DNA of 63,576 nt, filler included, from Folioceros fuciformis (taxonomy: Eukaryota), in the NCBI GenBank assembly GCA_049999805.1. It is 13 parts of 13 records of this genome, joined end to end, with 100 filler letters (N's around TTAATTAATTAA, not from the genome) between each part and the next. Parts side by side here need not be neighbours in the genome. Positions count along the whole stretch, not along the records: positions 25,639 to 28,845 come from JBNGIO010005910.1; positions 28,946 to 31,119 come from JBNGIO010005911.1; positions 31,220 to 33,089 come from JBNGIO010005912.1; positions 33,190 to 36,355 come from JBNGIO010005913.1; positions 36,456 to 45,192 come from JBNGIO010005914.1; 8 more parts are not named here. One strand, written 5' to 3'. Under the pieces are notes generated by a model. It worked only from the letters and a program-made list of their open reading frames with translations, searched no databases and was not told the origin of the DNA. The translations under genes and the position numbers were made by a program. This document shows, one piece after another, positions 26,585-40,119 of this stretch; within the stretch, counting starts at the first letter, position 1; each line of letters starts with the position of its first letter.

Positions 26585-28795
26585 TATGATCGTCTGAACT
26601 TCAGGCTGAAGTTGTGAACCACTAAATTAGGTAGAGGACTTAGGTATGGGTAGGAGGGTATTTAGGTGGTAGGGTCACGCATCGTCATATGAGCCGGATT
26701 TAGATTATTCTTATGAATGAACACAAGATAGACATAATCAGTCTACGTCGGACTATGTGAACGCATGATTCGGCACTGACCGCCGGAAACTCCAAACCAG
26801 TTAAATTTGCACTTTACCTTTGGAGGTGTCGATTTGCTACTGGGCCACAGAGCCTCCCACTACATATTTGTCATTACCAAATTGGCCGAAGGCTTCTGCA
26901 ACGCCTAGTCAAGGCTAATGACATGTGCAGCTCGAGGGCCTAAGCTCTACCTGGATACCACAAATACGTTGAAAGTAGTGATCAGTCTACATCATTCCTT
27001 CCAGCTACAATACCGTCCACACGTGCCTGCAGCTGCTTACAAGACTGGCAGCTGCAAGCCCTTTCCCACAACTGCAATCCATACTCCACACTTGTGAGTG
27101 TTCTCTATCTGCTCTCGGCTCACTTGCGAAGGCGGCCACTCTGGTTTTCGTGCGTTTGTGATAAGCAGCTAGTTGCTGATATGTGAGGAAGACCCAGGGT
27201 TTCGAGGACCTCGTTGTTCACAAAAGCCAAGGTCCCTAATTGCTTCATTTTAAGCCTACTAAAGAGATTGAGGCTGTACAAAGAGTACCCTAAGGCTTGT
27301 GTATGCATTGCCAATTAGTTGTCTAGTTCAATTCATCACATGCATATGCATGGTACATATGTACGTATTTCTTTGTACACTTCAAACAACCATGCAGGGT
27401 GTTAAACCGTTGTCTCATAGTGCATCCTCTACCTCGATGACGCTTGTGCATCGAAAGGTGTGAACAACCCACAAGTGTCAGTTAAAGTACAAACAGATAT
27501 CGGTACATATGTACATATTTGTCATAAGGTGTGAACAATCCACATGTGTCAGTCAAAGTGCAAACATATATAGGTACATATGTATGTATTTGTCAAAAGG
27601 TGTGAACAATCTACATTTGTCAATTGAACATGTGTTTCCCCTCTTTTCCTTTCTCTGTGGTGACCTTCTTTCGACAATGCCTCTTTGTGGTGACCTTCTT
27701 TTGATAATGCCTATCCATTGCTTTGCAACGAGCATTGGCCAATGCGGTTTTTATTTTACAATAGCAATAAGCGCAGGTCAAATGGCTTCTTCGGCACTAA
27801 TGGTAGATATGCCTTTTGTTATTCCACATCATGACATTTTGGGAGAGGTAATTTTGAGAATGATATTAGAGAAGGGGCTAGTACCCTTTTGGCCTTGTCC
27901 CTACTTAAGTTATTTCTTCAATCTTTGAAGTAGATGAGATTTTCCATCTCTTTTAATAATAATAATCTTGTGCCAATTGAAGTACAAAGACATATAGGTA
28001 CATATGTATGTATTTGTCATAAGGTATGAACAATCCACATGTGTCAACTCAAAATATAAACACACGTGAGTACCTATGTATATAATTATGATTACCATCT
28101 CAAGTACATACATTAGTATGCACACAAGAAGATTAGTGGCCTTCTACTCTCTCAAGAATTTCCCACCTAGATCATAATATTGGGCGCTGATGATGGAAAG
28201 ACATATAATTAACGTTGAACTTCAACGGTGAAGTTATGGACCATTTAATTAGGTAGGACTTCCGCATGCGTAGGTGGGTAATTAAGTGGGGGGTCACCCA
28301 TCATCATGTCAGCTGGCTTTAGATTATTCTTATGAATGAACAAACAAAAAAAGAAAGTCCCGCAACTTGTCAAGGTCGGATTAGGCGAAGGTCGGACTAG
28401 GGGAAGGCATGATTCGGCACAGACCGCCGGAGACTCCAGCCCAATTAAATTCGCACTTTACCGTTGGAGGTGCCGATTTGTTTGTTACTGGGCCACAAAA
28501 CCTCCCACTGCATATTTGACATCATTAAAGGGGCCAAAAGCTTCTGCAATGCCTAATTCCGGTCAAGGCTAATGACGTGCGGAGCCCGAGGGCCTAGGCT
28601 CTGCCTGGATACCACGAATACATTGAAAGTCGTGATCAGTCTACATCATTCCTTCCAGCTACAGTACCTTCCACACATGCCTGCATCTGCTTCTAAGCCC
28701 GGCAGCTGCAAGCCCTTTCCCACAACTGCAATCCATACTCCACACCTGTGAGTATTCTCTATCTGCTCTCAGCACACTTGCGAAGGCGGCCACTC
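26585..28795 (+). repeat. Diverged ~560-bp direct repeat
   Basis: 26585-27141 is similar to 28205-28795. Shared blocks include TAGATTATTCTTATGAATGAAC, GATCAGTCTACATCATTCCTTCCAGCTACA and CACTTGCGAAGGCGGCCACTC. Confidence 0.85.
27713..27966 (+). mobile_element. 5'-truncated 3' end of the CRE-like element, with an (AAT)n tail
   Basis: Reverse-complement match to ~22710-22950 (CCATTGCTTTGCAACGAGCATTGGCCAATG...TTCCACATCATGACATTTTGGGAG...TTTCCATC), ending TAATAATAATAAT. Confidence 0.75.
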
Positions 28796-28945
28796 CACTC
28801 ACAATTCCTCTCTTCAGGCAGCACTGAAAGCAGCGTTCAGCGACCNNNNNNNNNNNNNNNNNNNNNNNNNNNNNNNNNNNNNNNNNNNNTTAATTAATTA
28901 ANNNNNNNNNNNNNNNNNNNNNNNNNNNNNNNNNNNNNNNNNNNN

Positions 28946-30205
28946 TGAGAAAGGAGACGGAGGATTGGATAAAGAAGAAGCACGAGGGTGCGCGTGTGTG
29001 AGAAAGAGGAGAAGCGAGTAACCAGAGACGAGGAGAACGTATAACGAGAACTGGTGAGTGGAGAACGAAGCCGGAGAAACCTTGGAAGCAAGGTCAGTAA
29101 TGTGTAACGAGACGTGGTGAGTATGAGTGACTAGTCGCCATGAGGCTGGAGAGACTGTGAGGAAGTTGATTTGAGACTACAGAGGGTATACCTAGAGTGT
29201 GAAATCACACGGGTGAAAGGCGACCGGCAGATTGTCGTTGTTCATATGTGTGTGCGTTTGATCCTGAGGGTGAGAGGCTATTTTGTGGAGAACCAAGGAA
29301 GGAAAGCGCAAAAAGGAAGGCGCGAGAAAACCGTCGGGTAGGGACGACTCGGAGAGAGAAGAAATCCTAGAGAGAGAAAGAGAGAGGGAGTGGGACCCAC
29401 GAGTGGTAGCCCGAAAGGAGGGTAGTCCGGCGGGCCACCAAGAGTAGTCCAGGGGGAGGTAGTCCNNNNNNNNNNNNNNNNNNNNNNNNNNNNNNNNNNN
29501 NNNNNNNNNNNNNNNNNNNNNNNNNNNNNNNNNNNNNNNNNNNNNNNNNNNNNNNNNNNNNNNNNAGGTGAGTAATGTGTAACGAGACGTGGTGAGTATG
29601 AGTGACTAGTCGTGATGAGGCTGGAGAGACTGTGAGGAAGTTGATTTGAGACTGCAGAGGGTGTACCTAGAGTGTGAAATCACACGGGTGGAAGGCGACC
29701 GGCAGATTGTCGTTGTTCATATGTGTGTGCGTTTAATCTTGAGGGTGAGAGGCTATTTTGTGGAGAACCAAGGAAGGAAAGCGCAAAAGGGAAGGCACGA
29801 GAAAACAGTCGGGTAGGGACGACTCGGAGAGAGAGGAAATCCTAGAGAGAGAAAGAGAGAGGTAGTGGGACCTACGAGTGGTAGCCCGAAAGACGACAGT
29901 AGTAGTCCATTGGGGAACGGAGGGTAGTCTGGCGGGCCACCAAGAGTAGTCCAGGGGGAGGTAGTCCCTGGTGCGACTGGGTGGTAGGAGGGTCGTCTGG
30001 TGGGAGAAGTAAGGGGACTGGGTAAGGACCGAGCACGGGACGTGTGTGCGTGGGTCAGTCGAGTTTGGGTGCTAATTGACTTTAGAAGCTAACCTGTGTA
30101 GTTTAACACGAATCATTCCCTTGGGATCGAATCCCAGAGCTACAACGACATAGAGGGCTTGTGTGGACCTCGCGGTACCCCCGGGTACCATATTTTAACC
30201 CCACA
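28946..30205 (+). mobile_element. Probable 3' part of a long gypsy-type LTR, duplicated across a gap
   Basis: Purine-rich and non-coding. 29091-29465 is repeated at 29566-29967. It ends ...GGTACCCCCGGGTACC...ACCCCACA and abuts an ORF remnant. Confidence 0.5.
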
Positions 30206-31108
30206 CTCATCATAGGCTGCCATGGCTGATTCGGAATCAAGTGGGGACTCCTCATCCGTAAGAGGGGTCAACACTCCACCGGAAATAAAAGCCTCCCCCT
30301 GCAACGGGACAACTACAAAAGGTTGTTCCGCCTCCTCTCACTCCTCTTGTGTTAACTGCCCTTCTGTCTTCCGTAAGTGCACCAAGTAAGTCGAGAGGTA
30401 GCAAGGACGTGCACTCCCCTCCTCCCTACCGTTCGGCTTGAGCAACTTCTCCCTGTGGTAGGTATACGCCTCACACATAATTAACCCCCAGTCTGGCTTT
30501 GCTCCTTGAGTCACTCTCCAAAGGAAGTGGAGGAAAGCATTGCTGAAATATGAGGTGCGTTGATAGTTCACCAATCCAAGAACCATCTTAGTGAACAACT
30601 GCCATTTGAGCTCCTTGATCCTCTCAGCCCTCCACCCGTTCTTGGTTCTTGCTAGCTCTCCTCCCAACAGCAATTCTAGTGCCCTAGATGGTAGGGTGGT
30701 GCTGGGTGACCTCCGCCCATCTATGGTTTTATCTAGGATCCCAATAACATCGCTCTCCTCTTCCGACCTACCATACACCTGTCGGATGATCCGGACAGTC
30801 CAACACCCAGGGTCAGTCCTCGCGTTTTGTTCAGGTAGGGCTTCCAACTCCTTCTTCGATTGCTGTAGGTTGGTATAGCACTCCTTCACCAAGCCTTCAT
30901 GAACATACGATCAGTGTTTGCCATATATCCAGTCAAGCTGGATGTTTGCATTACATGCCCAAGTCCGTAGGTCTATCAAATCCCTTGAGTTCAGTTGGCC
31001 CCCAAAGCAAGAAAAGGACGAAACATTGGTTTGAGGAGAGCTGGCTGCCCTCGTGGGTCGTCCCCTACTACTGGAACCCACTTGAGTATTGTTGGAGGTC
31101 CGCGCCAT
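30206..31108 (-). pseudogene. Retroelement-associated accessory ORF of unknown function, with 2 in-frame stops
   Basis: One frame from MARTSNN, with LVKECYTNL, NGWR, PDWGLIM and PCYLSTYLVHL. It resembles non-core ORFs found in plant LTR elements. Confidence 0.45.
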
Positions 31109-31219
31109 AGTTGATAGAANNNNNNNNNNNNNNNNNNNNNNNNNNNNNNNNNNNNNNNNNNNNTTAATTAATTAANNNNNNNNNNNNNNNNNNNNNNNNN
31201 NNNNNNNNNNNNNNNNNNN

Positions 31220-33089
31220 CCACACAGGTTTATTTCTAAATCTGCAACATAAAAGAGAGCATGATCCATAGTTGCCTTCACATAGCGCAACGTTCGCCTT
31301 ACTGCATCCAAATGTGGCTTTCTTGGCGCTTGCATAAACTGACTTTGCAATCCCACTGTATAGTTCAAATCTGGTCGGGATAGAGTGAGATATATCAAGC
31401 TACCCACAATCTTCCTGTACATTGTTGGATCTTCAAGTGCTTTACCATCATGAGCACTGAGCTTTAGATTTTGATCCAAAGGAATCGAGATTGGCTTGCA
31501 CTCAACCATACCATACTTAGTTAGTACATCTGACGCATACTTCCGCTGTGACAGCCAAATGCCTGTGTTGGTTCGTATAATTTCAATGCCCAAAAAGAAC
31601 CTCAGTTCACCTAGGTCCGCCATCTTGAACTCTTGTTGTAGAAGTTCCTTGATCTGCTCCACTTGATCCAACTGATTACCTCCAATGATTAGATCATCCA
31701 CATAAATGGTCACAAAGACCAGTCGTTTTGTACTTTTGCACACATACAACGAATGATCCGCATCTGCCATGTTGAATCCGATGTGAATCAGATGCTGAGC
31801 AAGACGCTCATGCCAAGCCCTCGGGGCTTGCTTCAGTCCGTACAACGTTTTTTTCAGCTTGCACACATGATTTGGATGATCCAAATCCTCATATCCTGGT
31901 GGCTGGTCCATGTATACTTCTTCCAGCAATTCTCCATGTAAAAACGCATTCTTCACATCCATATGATGTAGGACCCAACCTTTCGATGCCGCTAGTGCGA
32001 TCACGGTTCGAATTGTTGCCATTTTGGCAACTGGACTGAACGTCTCCTCAAAATCTATTCCATATGTCTGGGCATATCCCTTGGCCACAAGCCTTGCCTT
32101 GTACCTGTTGATACTACCATCTGCGTTGTGTTTGACCTTGTACACCCATTTGCAACCTATTGGTTTCTTGCCTTCAGGTAGTTGTACTAGGTCCCATGTT
32201 GCATTCTGATTTAACGCATTCATTTCTTCATCCATAGCATGTTCCCACTTTGTGTCTCCAATAGCTTCTTCAAAGCTTCTTGGTTCCACATCCTGTACAA
32301 CCTTTGCCATATAGGCATGGTGCCTAGCTACATAGCTATCATAGGTCAACCGCTGTATTGGAACCTTCTGCCTTCCAGATCTCCGTGGGATTGAACCACT
32401 TCCAGGGGCTGATTGAACCTCTTTTGCACCAGGTGTTTCGATTTTCGGTACACCGAATTCCTCATCCAAGCTCTGCTCAGAGTCGCTTGAATCATCCGCA
32501 CCTGCACTTAGGTCTGGTATCTTTGAATCCTGGACTTTTTCCTTCCCTTTGCGAGACACAGCTGTGGAGCTCGTAGGACTCACACTACCTCGCAACCTGC
32601 CACTCCATGGATTCTGAACATTTGTCGAGTTTGATGACGCTTGCGGTCCACTCAACACTTGTGATTGTTGACCTGCATTGCTTGTTACCTCAGTTTCAAG
32701 CACATCAGCTACACTACTTCCTTGTACTTCAAAGTACCAGCTACCCATTTCATCAAAGACTACGTCTCTGCTTACTCTCATAGTCCGTGTACTGGGATTG
32801 TAGCACCTGTATCCTTTCTGTGTAACAGAATACCCAATGAAGACACACTTTTCTGCTTTTGGATCAAGCTTAGTCCGCAACTCATCCGGAATATGGACAT
32901 AAGCAATGCAACCAAATACCTTTAAGTGTGACAAGTCAGGTTTCTTCCCTGTGAACTGCTCCTCCGGTGTTACACTGTGCACCGCTGCTGTGGGAGTTCT
33001 GTTCATGATGTACACTGCTGTGCTTACAGCTTCAGCCCAATAGTAGTGAGGCATCTTCTTCTCTGTCATCAATGCTCTCGCCACTTCTG
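31220..33089 (-). mobile_element. Ty1/copia integrase C-terminus and RT, uninterrupted ORF
   Basis: [39 protein letters not shown] and IYVDD. No stops over the whole contig. Confidence 0.96.
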
Positions 33090-33189
33090 NNNNNNNNNNN
33101 NNNNNNNNNNNNNNNNNNNNNNNNNNNNNNNNNTTAATTAATTAANNNNNNNNNNNNNNNNNNNNNNNNNNNNNNNNNNNNNNNNNNNN

Positions 33190-36100
33190 CTGTGTCTCAT
33201 TAGTTGGAGTTGTTACTGCAGAATGGGCCGTTGGTGCCTTCAGCTGCTGGATGGGATTGCTCTTCAAGTTAAACTGGTACAGGTCATTCTTGAGAGTACA
33301 TGTAGCCAGTAACTTATGTGGAGCAGCAGCCTCTCTCAAGGCAAGACCCTCCAAGGTCATTTCAAGGGTAAGTAACAGAGGTGACAATCGTCTAAGAGAG
33401 ACAAGATTTTTAGCCATCTGAGGGACATAGATAACATCTAACAGTGTGATGGACTTACCTTGTGTAGGTTGGAGGACAACGGTGCCAGTACCTTCTATAC
33501 ACAACCCACTATCATCGCCTAGGAGTACAAATTGTCCCTTAGGAGAAGGTATGAAAGTGATGAAGGTTGTGCGTGTGTTACAGACATGTGTTGTGGCACC
33601 TGAATCTAGATACCAGGCATGCCTATCTAGTGAAGAGAAGACCATGCATACTGTGAGGATGGCCCTTGTACTTTTCTTGGAGGATACATGGGGAGATGGA
33701 GGAGCCTCTCTCTTGGCTTCGCCATTCTGCTTCTTGCGGCATTCAGACTCCACGTGGCCAGGAGTCCTGCACCAGGTACATGGACCTCTCTTTGAAGTGC
33801 TTGACTTCGAGGCTGGCCATGATGGGCGAGGAGAGCCGGGCTTATAAGGTGGACGATTGCCACCTGGAGCACGCCGTCCTCGTCCTCGAGAGACAAACAT
33901 GGCTCGTGCAGCATTGTTGGAGGAGGAGCCTCGGCCACGAGTGTGAGTAGCCTCCTCGTTCAGCAGAGCACCAATAATATCTGATAATGTGATTGGTGAA
34001 GGTGTGCCTGCGGCTACTGCTGCTTGGGCAGCTGAGATGTGCTGATTTTGAGTGCTCACAAAGCTGTTGTATTTCTCTGGAAGTGACATGAGAAGGGGCA
34101 CTGCAGCTTGGAGTTCATCAACAGTTGTGCCGGCAGTAATTAGTTTGGTGTGACGCATCTTGAAGCGGCTGACATGATTCTCAACAGTATCACATCTCGC
34201 ATTCTCAGATTGTAGAAGGCACGTGTAGCATGAACCAGTGATGTTACGCTCTTCTTTTGGTGCACTTGGCAGAGAGAGTCCCAAATTGCCTTGGAGCTGT
34301 CTGCCTCTCGAGCATGAGACATCATGCTCAAGTCTAATGCAGACTGGATCACATTCTGGACACGCAAGTCTTTCAGTTTCCAAGCTTGTTTTTCAGCTGT
34401 AGTTGCAGCAGTTGGAGGCATTGGAATGATGCCAGTCACGTAGTCCCAGATCTCCAGTTCTTGTAAGATGGTCCGCACTCGAATCATCCAGATGTCGAAG
34501 TGTTGACCACTAAACCTATCTCTATCCTTGAAGTGATACTTAAAGTTGTTGACAGTGACATTTGCAGGTGGAGGATTAGCCATGGCAGAAACAAATGTAT
34601 ACTGACTAAACTGGGTTTCACTTAAATCAAACAGACGATCAAGGAATAAGGAAGAGGAGCTATGTGAGCTATGTGTGGACCTTGGAGTGGAAACAATGCT
34701 GCTAGGAGAGGATGGCTGAATGGGAACTACACCTGAGGCTACCGTGCCAATGGTACTTGTAGAACTTGGTGGGAGATCTGGAAGGTCATAAGCTTCTGAG
34801 TAGTTAAAGGGGTTTTCTGGAAAGACAGGAAGTGGTGACGCCTCTTCAGATCCGGAAGCTAGTGACTCTTTAGGTGTTCCTTCATATCTGAGTCTCTCAA
34901 GTGACGTTTCAGACCTCAAACTTGCAGGTGTCGTTTCAGGTCTAGCAGGAATTCAGCGAGGTGGCCTCCCTACTGGGCTTGGATCCCAAGGTTTCGACAT
35001 ACTTAAACACCATCTTCCTGGATTTCGCCTCAAGTGACATGTGTGTTAGAAGAGCAGCAACTTCTGAGATGACGTCGTCCTTGGTTCTTCCTTCAGGTAA
35101 TATGCATGGCAATTCTGAAGAGAAGTTTGGCACGACTTGTTGGAGATTGATGAATGTGGTCCTTTCTGGTTCAGCAATCACTGACTGTGTGTGTTGTCGC
35201 TTCGCCACCCTGTCCATGTGCGCAACCTTTGTGAACAGAGAGTTCAGGTCCTTAGACAGGTGTTTGCACCTGCAATTAATGTCGTCGATCTTGCTGCGAA
35301 GGCGCTCTTCTTGAACTTCACGCATCTGCCGAAAATTGCACAGGTTTGCGTGCGTGTGACGGCGTTCCTCGGCAAACAGATCACAGACAATTTTCAGAAC
35401 CAGCTTTGCCTGGCCAGTCGTGATTTCAGGTGTGCTCACAAATGGACGCAGGTGCCCACTTCTTCCACAAGTGTCGCAAGAGCTCGCAACTTGGCGAGTG
35501 CAGGGAGGAATGTTCTGTTGTGGTAAGCTAGAAAAGAAGGACTACTGATCTGCACTACTCCTAAAGGGAGATGCTACTTGCCTTTGTGGATTGAAGGTGC
35601 GCTTTGTGCGGCCATTGCGAGGCATTGTTTAGGATAGTAGTCTAGTTGTTAACATTCCTTGTGCAAGATTGTAGACTATTGTGTGCAGGGGTTCAGGTTA
35701 TCTACACCTATATCCAGATGTGAGGAGAGACACTGGAAAAAAAAGGTATAGATGACTAGTGCTCCTACACAGGCTTCTTTTCTACAGTGAATTGAGTCTT
35801 GGACACAAGTGAATTGATCACAGATTGTGCTAGAGGTGTGCGTGACTGATTGTAATGGGTTGCCCTGTGCAGGGCAAAGACCAGATCAGGACGCATGAGA
35901 TTTGCAAGAAATTGCAAACTGGCAATCTGCGAACGCGGGTCCATCAGGGTGGCTCATTGCTCCTTGGTGCCAGGTGTGCGGACACTACGCGTAGTAGTGG
36001 TTGACAATCTCCGCCAAGAAAGCTTCCGCCATGATGCCAAATCGGGTGAGAGAGAGTCTGAGTGCTTGGATTGCTGCCCGGAAATTCTTGTGTGACAGGC

Positions 36101-36355
36101 TCTTAATGCAGCACTCGGATTTGCAGATCTCACACACGCTGGAGGGCAACATGGCGGAATCCATAGACTAGCTCTGATACCATAGCGTGAATAGGATCGA
36201 CAGACTAGCGTAGAAAAGAAGCATGAATGACTGAATAAACTTGAATGTGTGTGAGTGAGGCCCTTTATGGCCATGTCCCGTGAACCTGTACGACGGTTGA
36301 CGGGTGACGTTTCACTAGGGCACGTTTCGTGCCTTTACATATTTGCGTGTATATA
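33190..36355 (-). mobile_element. 5' half of a Ty1/copia element: LTR part, Met PBS, long leader with extra ORF, gag and protease
   Basis: PBS reverse complement at 36171-36182. gag starts at ATG 34583 (FSGQHFDIWMIRV..LEIWDYVTG) with a frameshift at ~34200, zinc knuckle CTWCRTPGHVESEC and protease WYLDSGATTHVCN. Confidence 0.92.
34942..35527 (-). CDS. Extra ORF in the copia leader upstream of gag (function unknown)
   Basis: Open frame of ~195 codons starting after a pyrimidine tract and AG. It contains CDTCGRSGH and a heptad-like segment. Confidence 0.4.
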
Positions 36356-39300
36356 NNNNNNNNNNNNNNNNNNNNNNNNNNNNNNNNNNNNNNNNNNNNT
36401 TAATTAATTAANNNNNNNNNNNNNNNNNNNNNNNNNNNNNNNNNNNNNNNNNNNNCAGTGCAAGGTTTGGATCCAGCCATGGACGGTTGTGCATTTGGAC
36501 CATGGGTGTGAAATTGGGCCACCTGCTCAGCTTTCACTCGTAGGCTTTGTCTATTAGCAAGAGGAGGAGCATGGATACTTTGGTAGGGAGGAGGGATAAA
36601 ACAGAATGTGGTGGTTTGTGGACCCGTGTGACTGCATCCATACCCTTTCACACAAGGGGTGAATGAAGAAGGTGCGAAGCGGAGCACGGAAGCTTTGTGG
36701 TTGAGGTTGATCTTTTGAAGCGACTGGGAGATACTGGAGCTATGCCAACGACAGTGGTGGGATTGGGTGAGGAAACCTTAGTCAACAACCTACAAGAGGG
36801 TCAGAAGGTGGCACTGGATGAGGATGATGTGAATCTGGATGCAGGCTGGGCAGGTCTGAAGGAGGTTCTCAAATCCCTTGAAGGCCGCGTGTGGGAGCTG
36901 TTTCAGCTCACACAGGTCAGATACGCAGAAGGAAAGGAAGCAGCATGGCTATGCATTGACTGTATGACAAGGTGCAAGGCAGCGGGACTTCTTGTTCGGC
37001 GAGGACGTGAATGTGCAAGCTTGAGGTTTGGTATAGGTTTTAGGGTGGTGAGCGTTTGTGTCTAGAAGTGTAGGTCTGTCAAAGGAGAGGGTTGCTTGGT
37101 GAACGTTCGTCAGCTGAGAGAGTACGCTGTAGGAAATAATGCTTGCCTGTGGCCGGACTTTGAATTGGCATACAACTTGGAGCTACATTTGAGCCTCGCC
37201 TCGCATCACAAACTTCCAGAGTTTGAATTGCCATAGAAGTTGCAGCACATTTGAGACACGCATCACAAAGTTGCAGCTAATAATGACGGGCAGTGCAAGG
37301 GTGTGATCCAGTCGTGGACCGTTGTGCATTTGTAACATGGCTGTGAAATTCGAAACAACACGTATCAAGTTTACAGAGCGACAGCTAACATGAGCTGGAA
37401 TTGAGTTCAATGTTGTCACGAAAGACTGCCGCTGTTGTTAGAAAGCATGCCAAGCGGAAGTAACATTTGCACAAGATGCAAACCCGACGGAGGGTTTAAT
37501 TTATGAAGTGTGCGGCTTGCTTGCAATCAAGTAGTTAAAGGTCAGAGAGAATGAAATTGGGCCACCGGCACAGCTCTCACTCGCAGGCGTTGCCTATTAC
37601 TAAGAGGAGGAGCATGAATGCTTGTCGTGCGAAGGGTCCCCGGGGAGGAACTGGGAGAGGACGCTTTGCTGACCGAGTGAGTGCATTCATTATCACTGGA
37701 GTTGCTTGGACGCGGTTGGTAAAGGCGAAGGGGGAAGCTGCGGAAGGATCCGGAGCCCGTGAATTAGCGGATGGGATAACGGTGGACATTTTTCGTTGTG
37801 AGACGCTTGTGCTTGGCTGGCGGTGCGGGTGCGACCTTGATTATTTTGGGAGAAGAGCGCATTTGAAGGAGTCTGAGGCGAACAATGTTGTGATCGATAT
37901 ATGCGAGCTTGGTGACATGGTGATTAGGTGATGTGCAAGTGGTGGAACGCGTGCCTTGACTGGTGTGCATGCTGACGTGTGTGAGATGGACGTCCGGAAT
38001 GGAGTGAAAGTTGTGTTGCTATTGCATCCTGTGTCGATCCGATTCGATGGACAGGATGAGTGTTGTGATGGCTGATGTATGTTGAAGGTTGGTCAAATGC
38101 TCTCCGGAGGTGATGGTTGTGATGCTGTGGGTGGCAGGATCCGGAGCACGTGAATCAGCCACTATGAGTGATATAACGGTTGACATCCTCGGTGTGAGAC
38201 GCCTCGGCTTGGCTGGCGATGCCCGCATGCGTATAGTCCGAGCAGGGCATTTGATGACGCTCTGTGAGGGGAAGGACGTTGCGATGACGCGGGCCGGGTG
38301 GCATGGTGCTGAGGTGAGGCACAAGTGGCGGTCAGGAACGCGTGCCGTGGTTGTGTGCAATCTGATGGTTTGTTGGGTGGACTTCCGGGGTGGATTGAAT
38401 GAACAACAGTTGTGTTGCTAGTTCATCCTCTGCGCGGCCACCGGGATGGATGCTCCGAATGAGTGGTGTGATGGTTTGTGGGTGGCGAAGCCTTGCAGTT
38501 CATGAGGCAGAAAATGGTGCGTGGCTGCTTCAGGATGTGGCGGTGACGCTGACGACAGATTGATGGTGGATGCAGGTGACTGCGTACATTGGGATATTTC
38601 CTAGACTGCAAGTGCGGTGGATTGTTCAACCTGGTAGTTGACTGGAGTGGTGGCTAGCGTTGAAGAGTGGTGTTGAAGGGCATCGGCTGGCATTGCACGT
38701 TCGTGCTCCGGTACACGGAGGTTGCAGGATCTGGATTCGGTTGAGGAGGCGTTTCCTATTGAGTCGCATCAGCTTCTGGCCGAGCTGGGCGCCGGCCCTT
38801 GGCCAACGACTGCAGGTGGAACGCAGACGCCGCAGCCGCCACCGCGCACCGAGTTTTCTCCTCCTCATTTGAAACAGGCGGTATTACTCTGCCCTCCTTG
38901 GGAAAATGTGGAGCGGTGGCGGGCACCTTTCCTACAGCTGCTCACTGCCGTTCTAAGCCTATACCCGACTCTCAACACCGTTGAGCGTAGGATTTTATTT
39001 TTTCTTATTGAAAAAAAGATGAAACATTATATCTTCCGCAAAGATTGGAGAACATGTTACCTTAGATTTCATTTTTATTATTATTAAAAAAAGGATGAAA
39101 ATAACATGTACTCCAAAAATTGTACAACAACCCAAGCAGGAANNNNNNNNNNNNNNNNNNNNNNNNNNNNNNNNNNNNNNNNNNNNNNNNNNNNNNNNNN
39201 NNNNNNNNNNNNNNNNNNNNNNNNNNNNNNNNNNNNNNNNNNTAGATCAGGACTAGATGAGGGATTATCGGAAATTCTGGTTGATTATCAAAAATTATGG

Positions 39301-39469
39301 TGAGAAAAATTCTGGTTAGGAAAAGGATGATGAGGCATTCCTTTTCCTCAACCAGAAACCCTTTTGCTGATATCCTTGTTAGACAACTCCAACCAAGAAA
39401 CTCTTTTCCTAATATCCATATTAGACAACTTCAACCTAGAAACTATGACTCAAAAATTAGACTTGGACA

Positions 39470-39640
39470 ATTTACAACATGGAGGTTTGAAAAAGTTGTG
39501 TTTTACTGTAATGATAAACAATCCATGGTTCATGCAAACAGTTTTTTCATCTTTAGGGCAAAATAAAGTACATCGAGATCAATTGTCTTTTCTTGAGAAA
39601 AAGTGTATTTGCAAACCTCTCTCACCTCTTGAGCAGAAAT
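39470..39640 (+). mobile_element. Highly degenerate copia RNase H remnant
   Basis: Pieces in different frames: VVFYCNDKQSM, KYIEINCLF and EKV. Confidence 0.4.
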
Positions 39641-40119
39641 ATGACATGGAAAAATCTAAAGATGTATAACGTCCCATGGGAGAGAAGTGGCCAATATGCC
39701 TTGGTAAAGCAAATTTTGAAGGAATCCTGTGGGTGATGACTAAAGACATCGAAATCGAGAACGTCAGGACTCATGAGAAAGCATTTGGGATCTTGCTGCA
39801 CAGGTTGAATTTCGTATTCTCCATCATTATCTCTAACCTAATATTTATAAGCTTGTTTATTTTTGCTCTCTGTTTAGTCTCATTTAAAGTCTAATGAAGA
39901 GATGAGTGTAGAGTTTGAACAAGAGTTGAGCTATCGGTCATCATTTATTGCATATAACGTCAGCATGGAAGTGTAGTGAAACCAAAATCATTGATTATAA
40001 TTACATATGCTCATCAATTTAAAAGGATATATGAAAGTCATGATTGAAAAGATTTTGAAGTTGAAAATGGAGAAGCGTATAAATGTTTCTAATGATTTAT
40101 AAATGTTTCTAATGATTTA

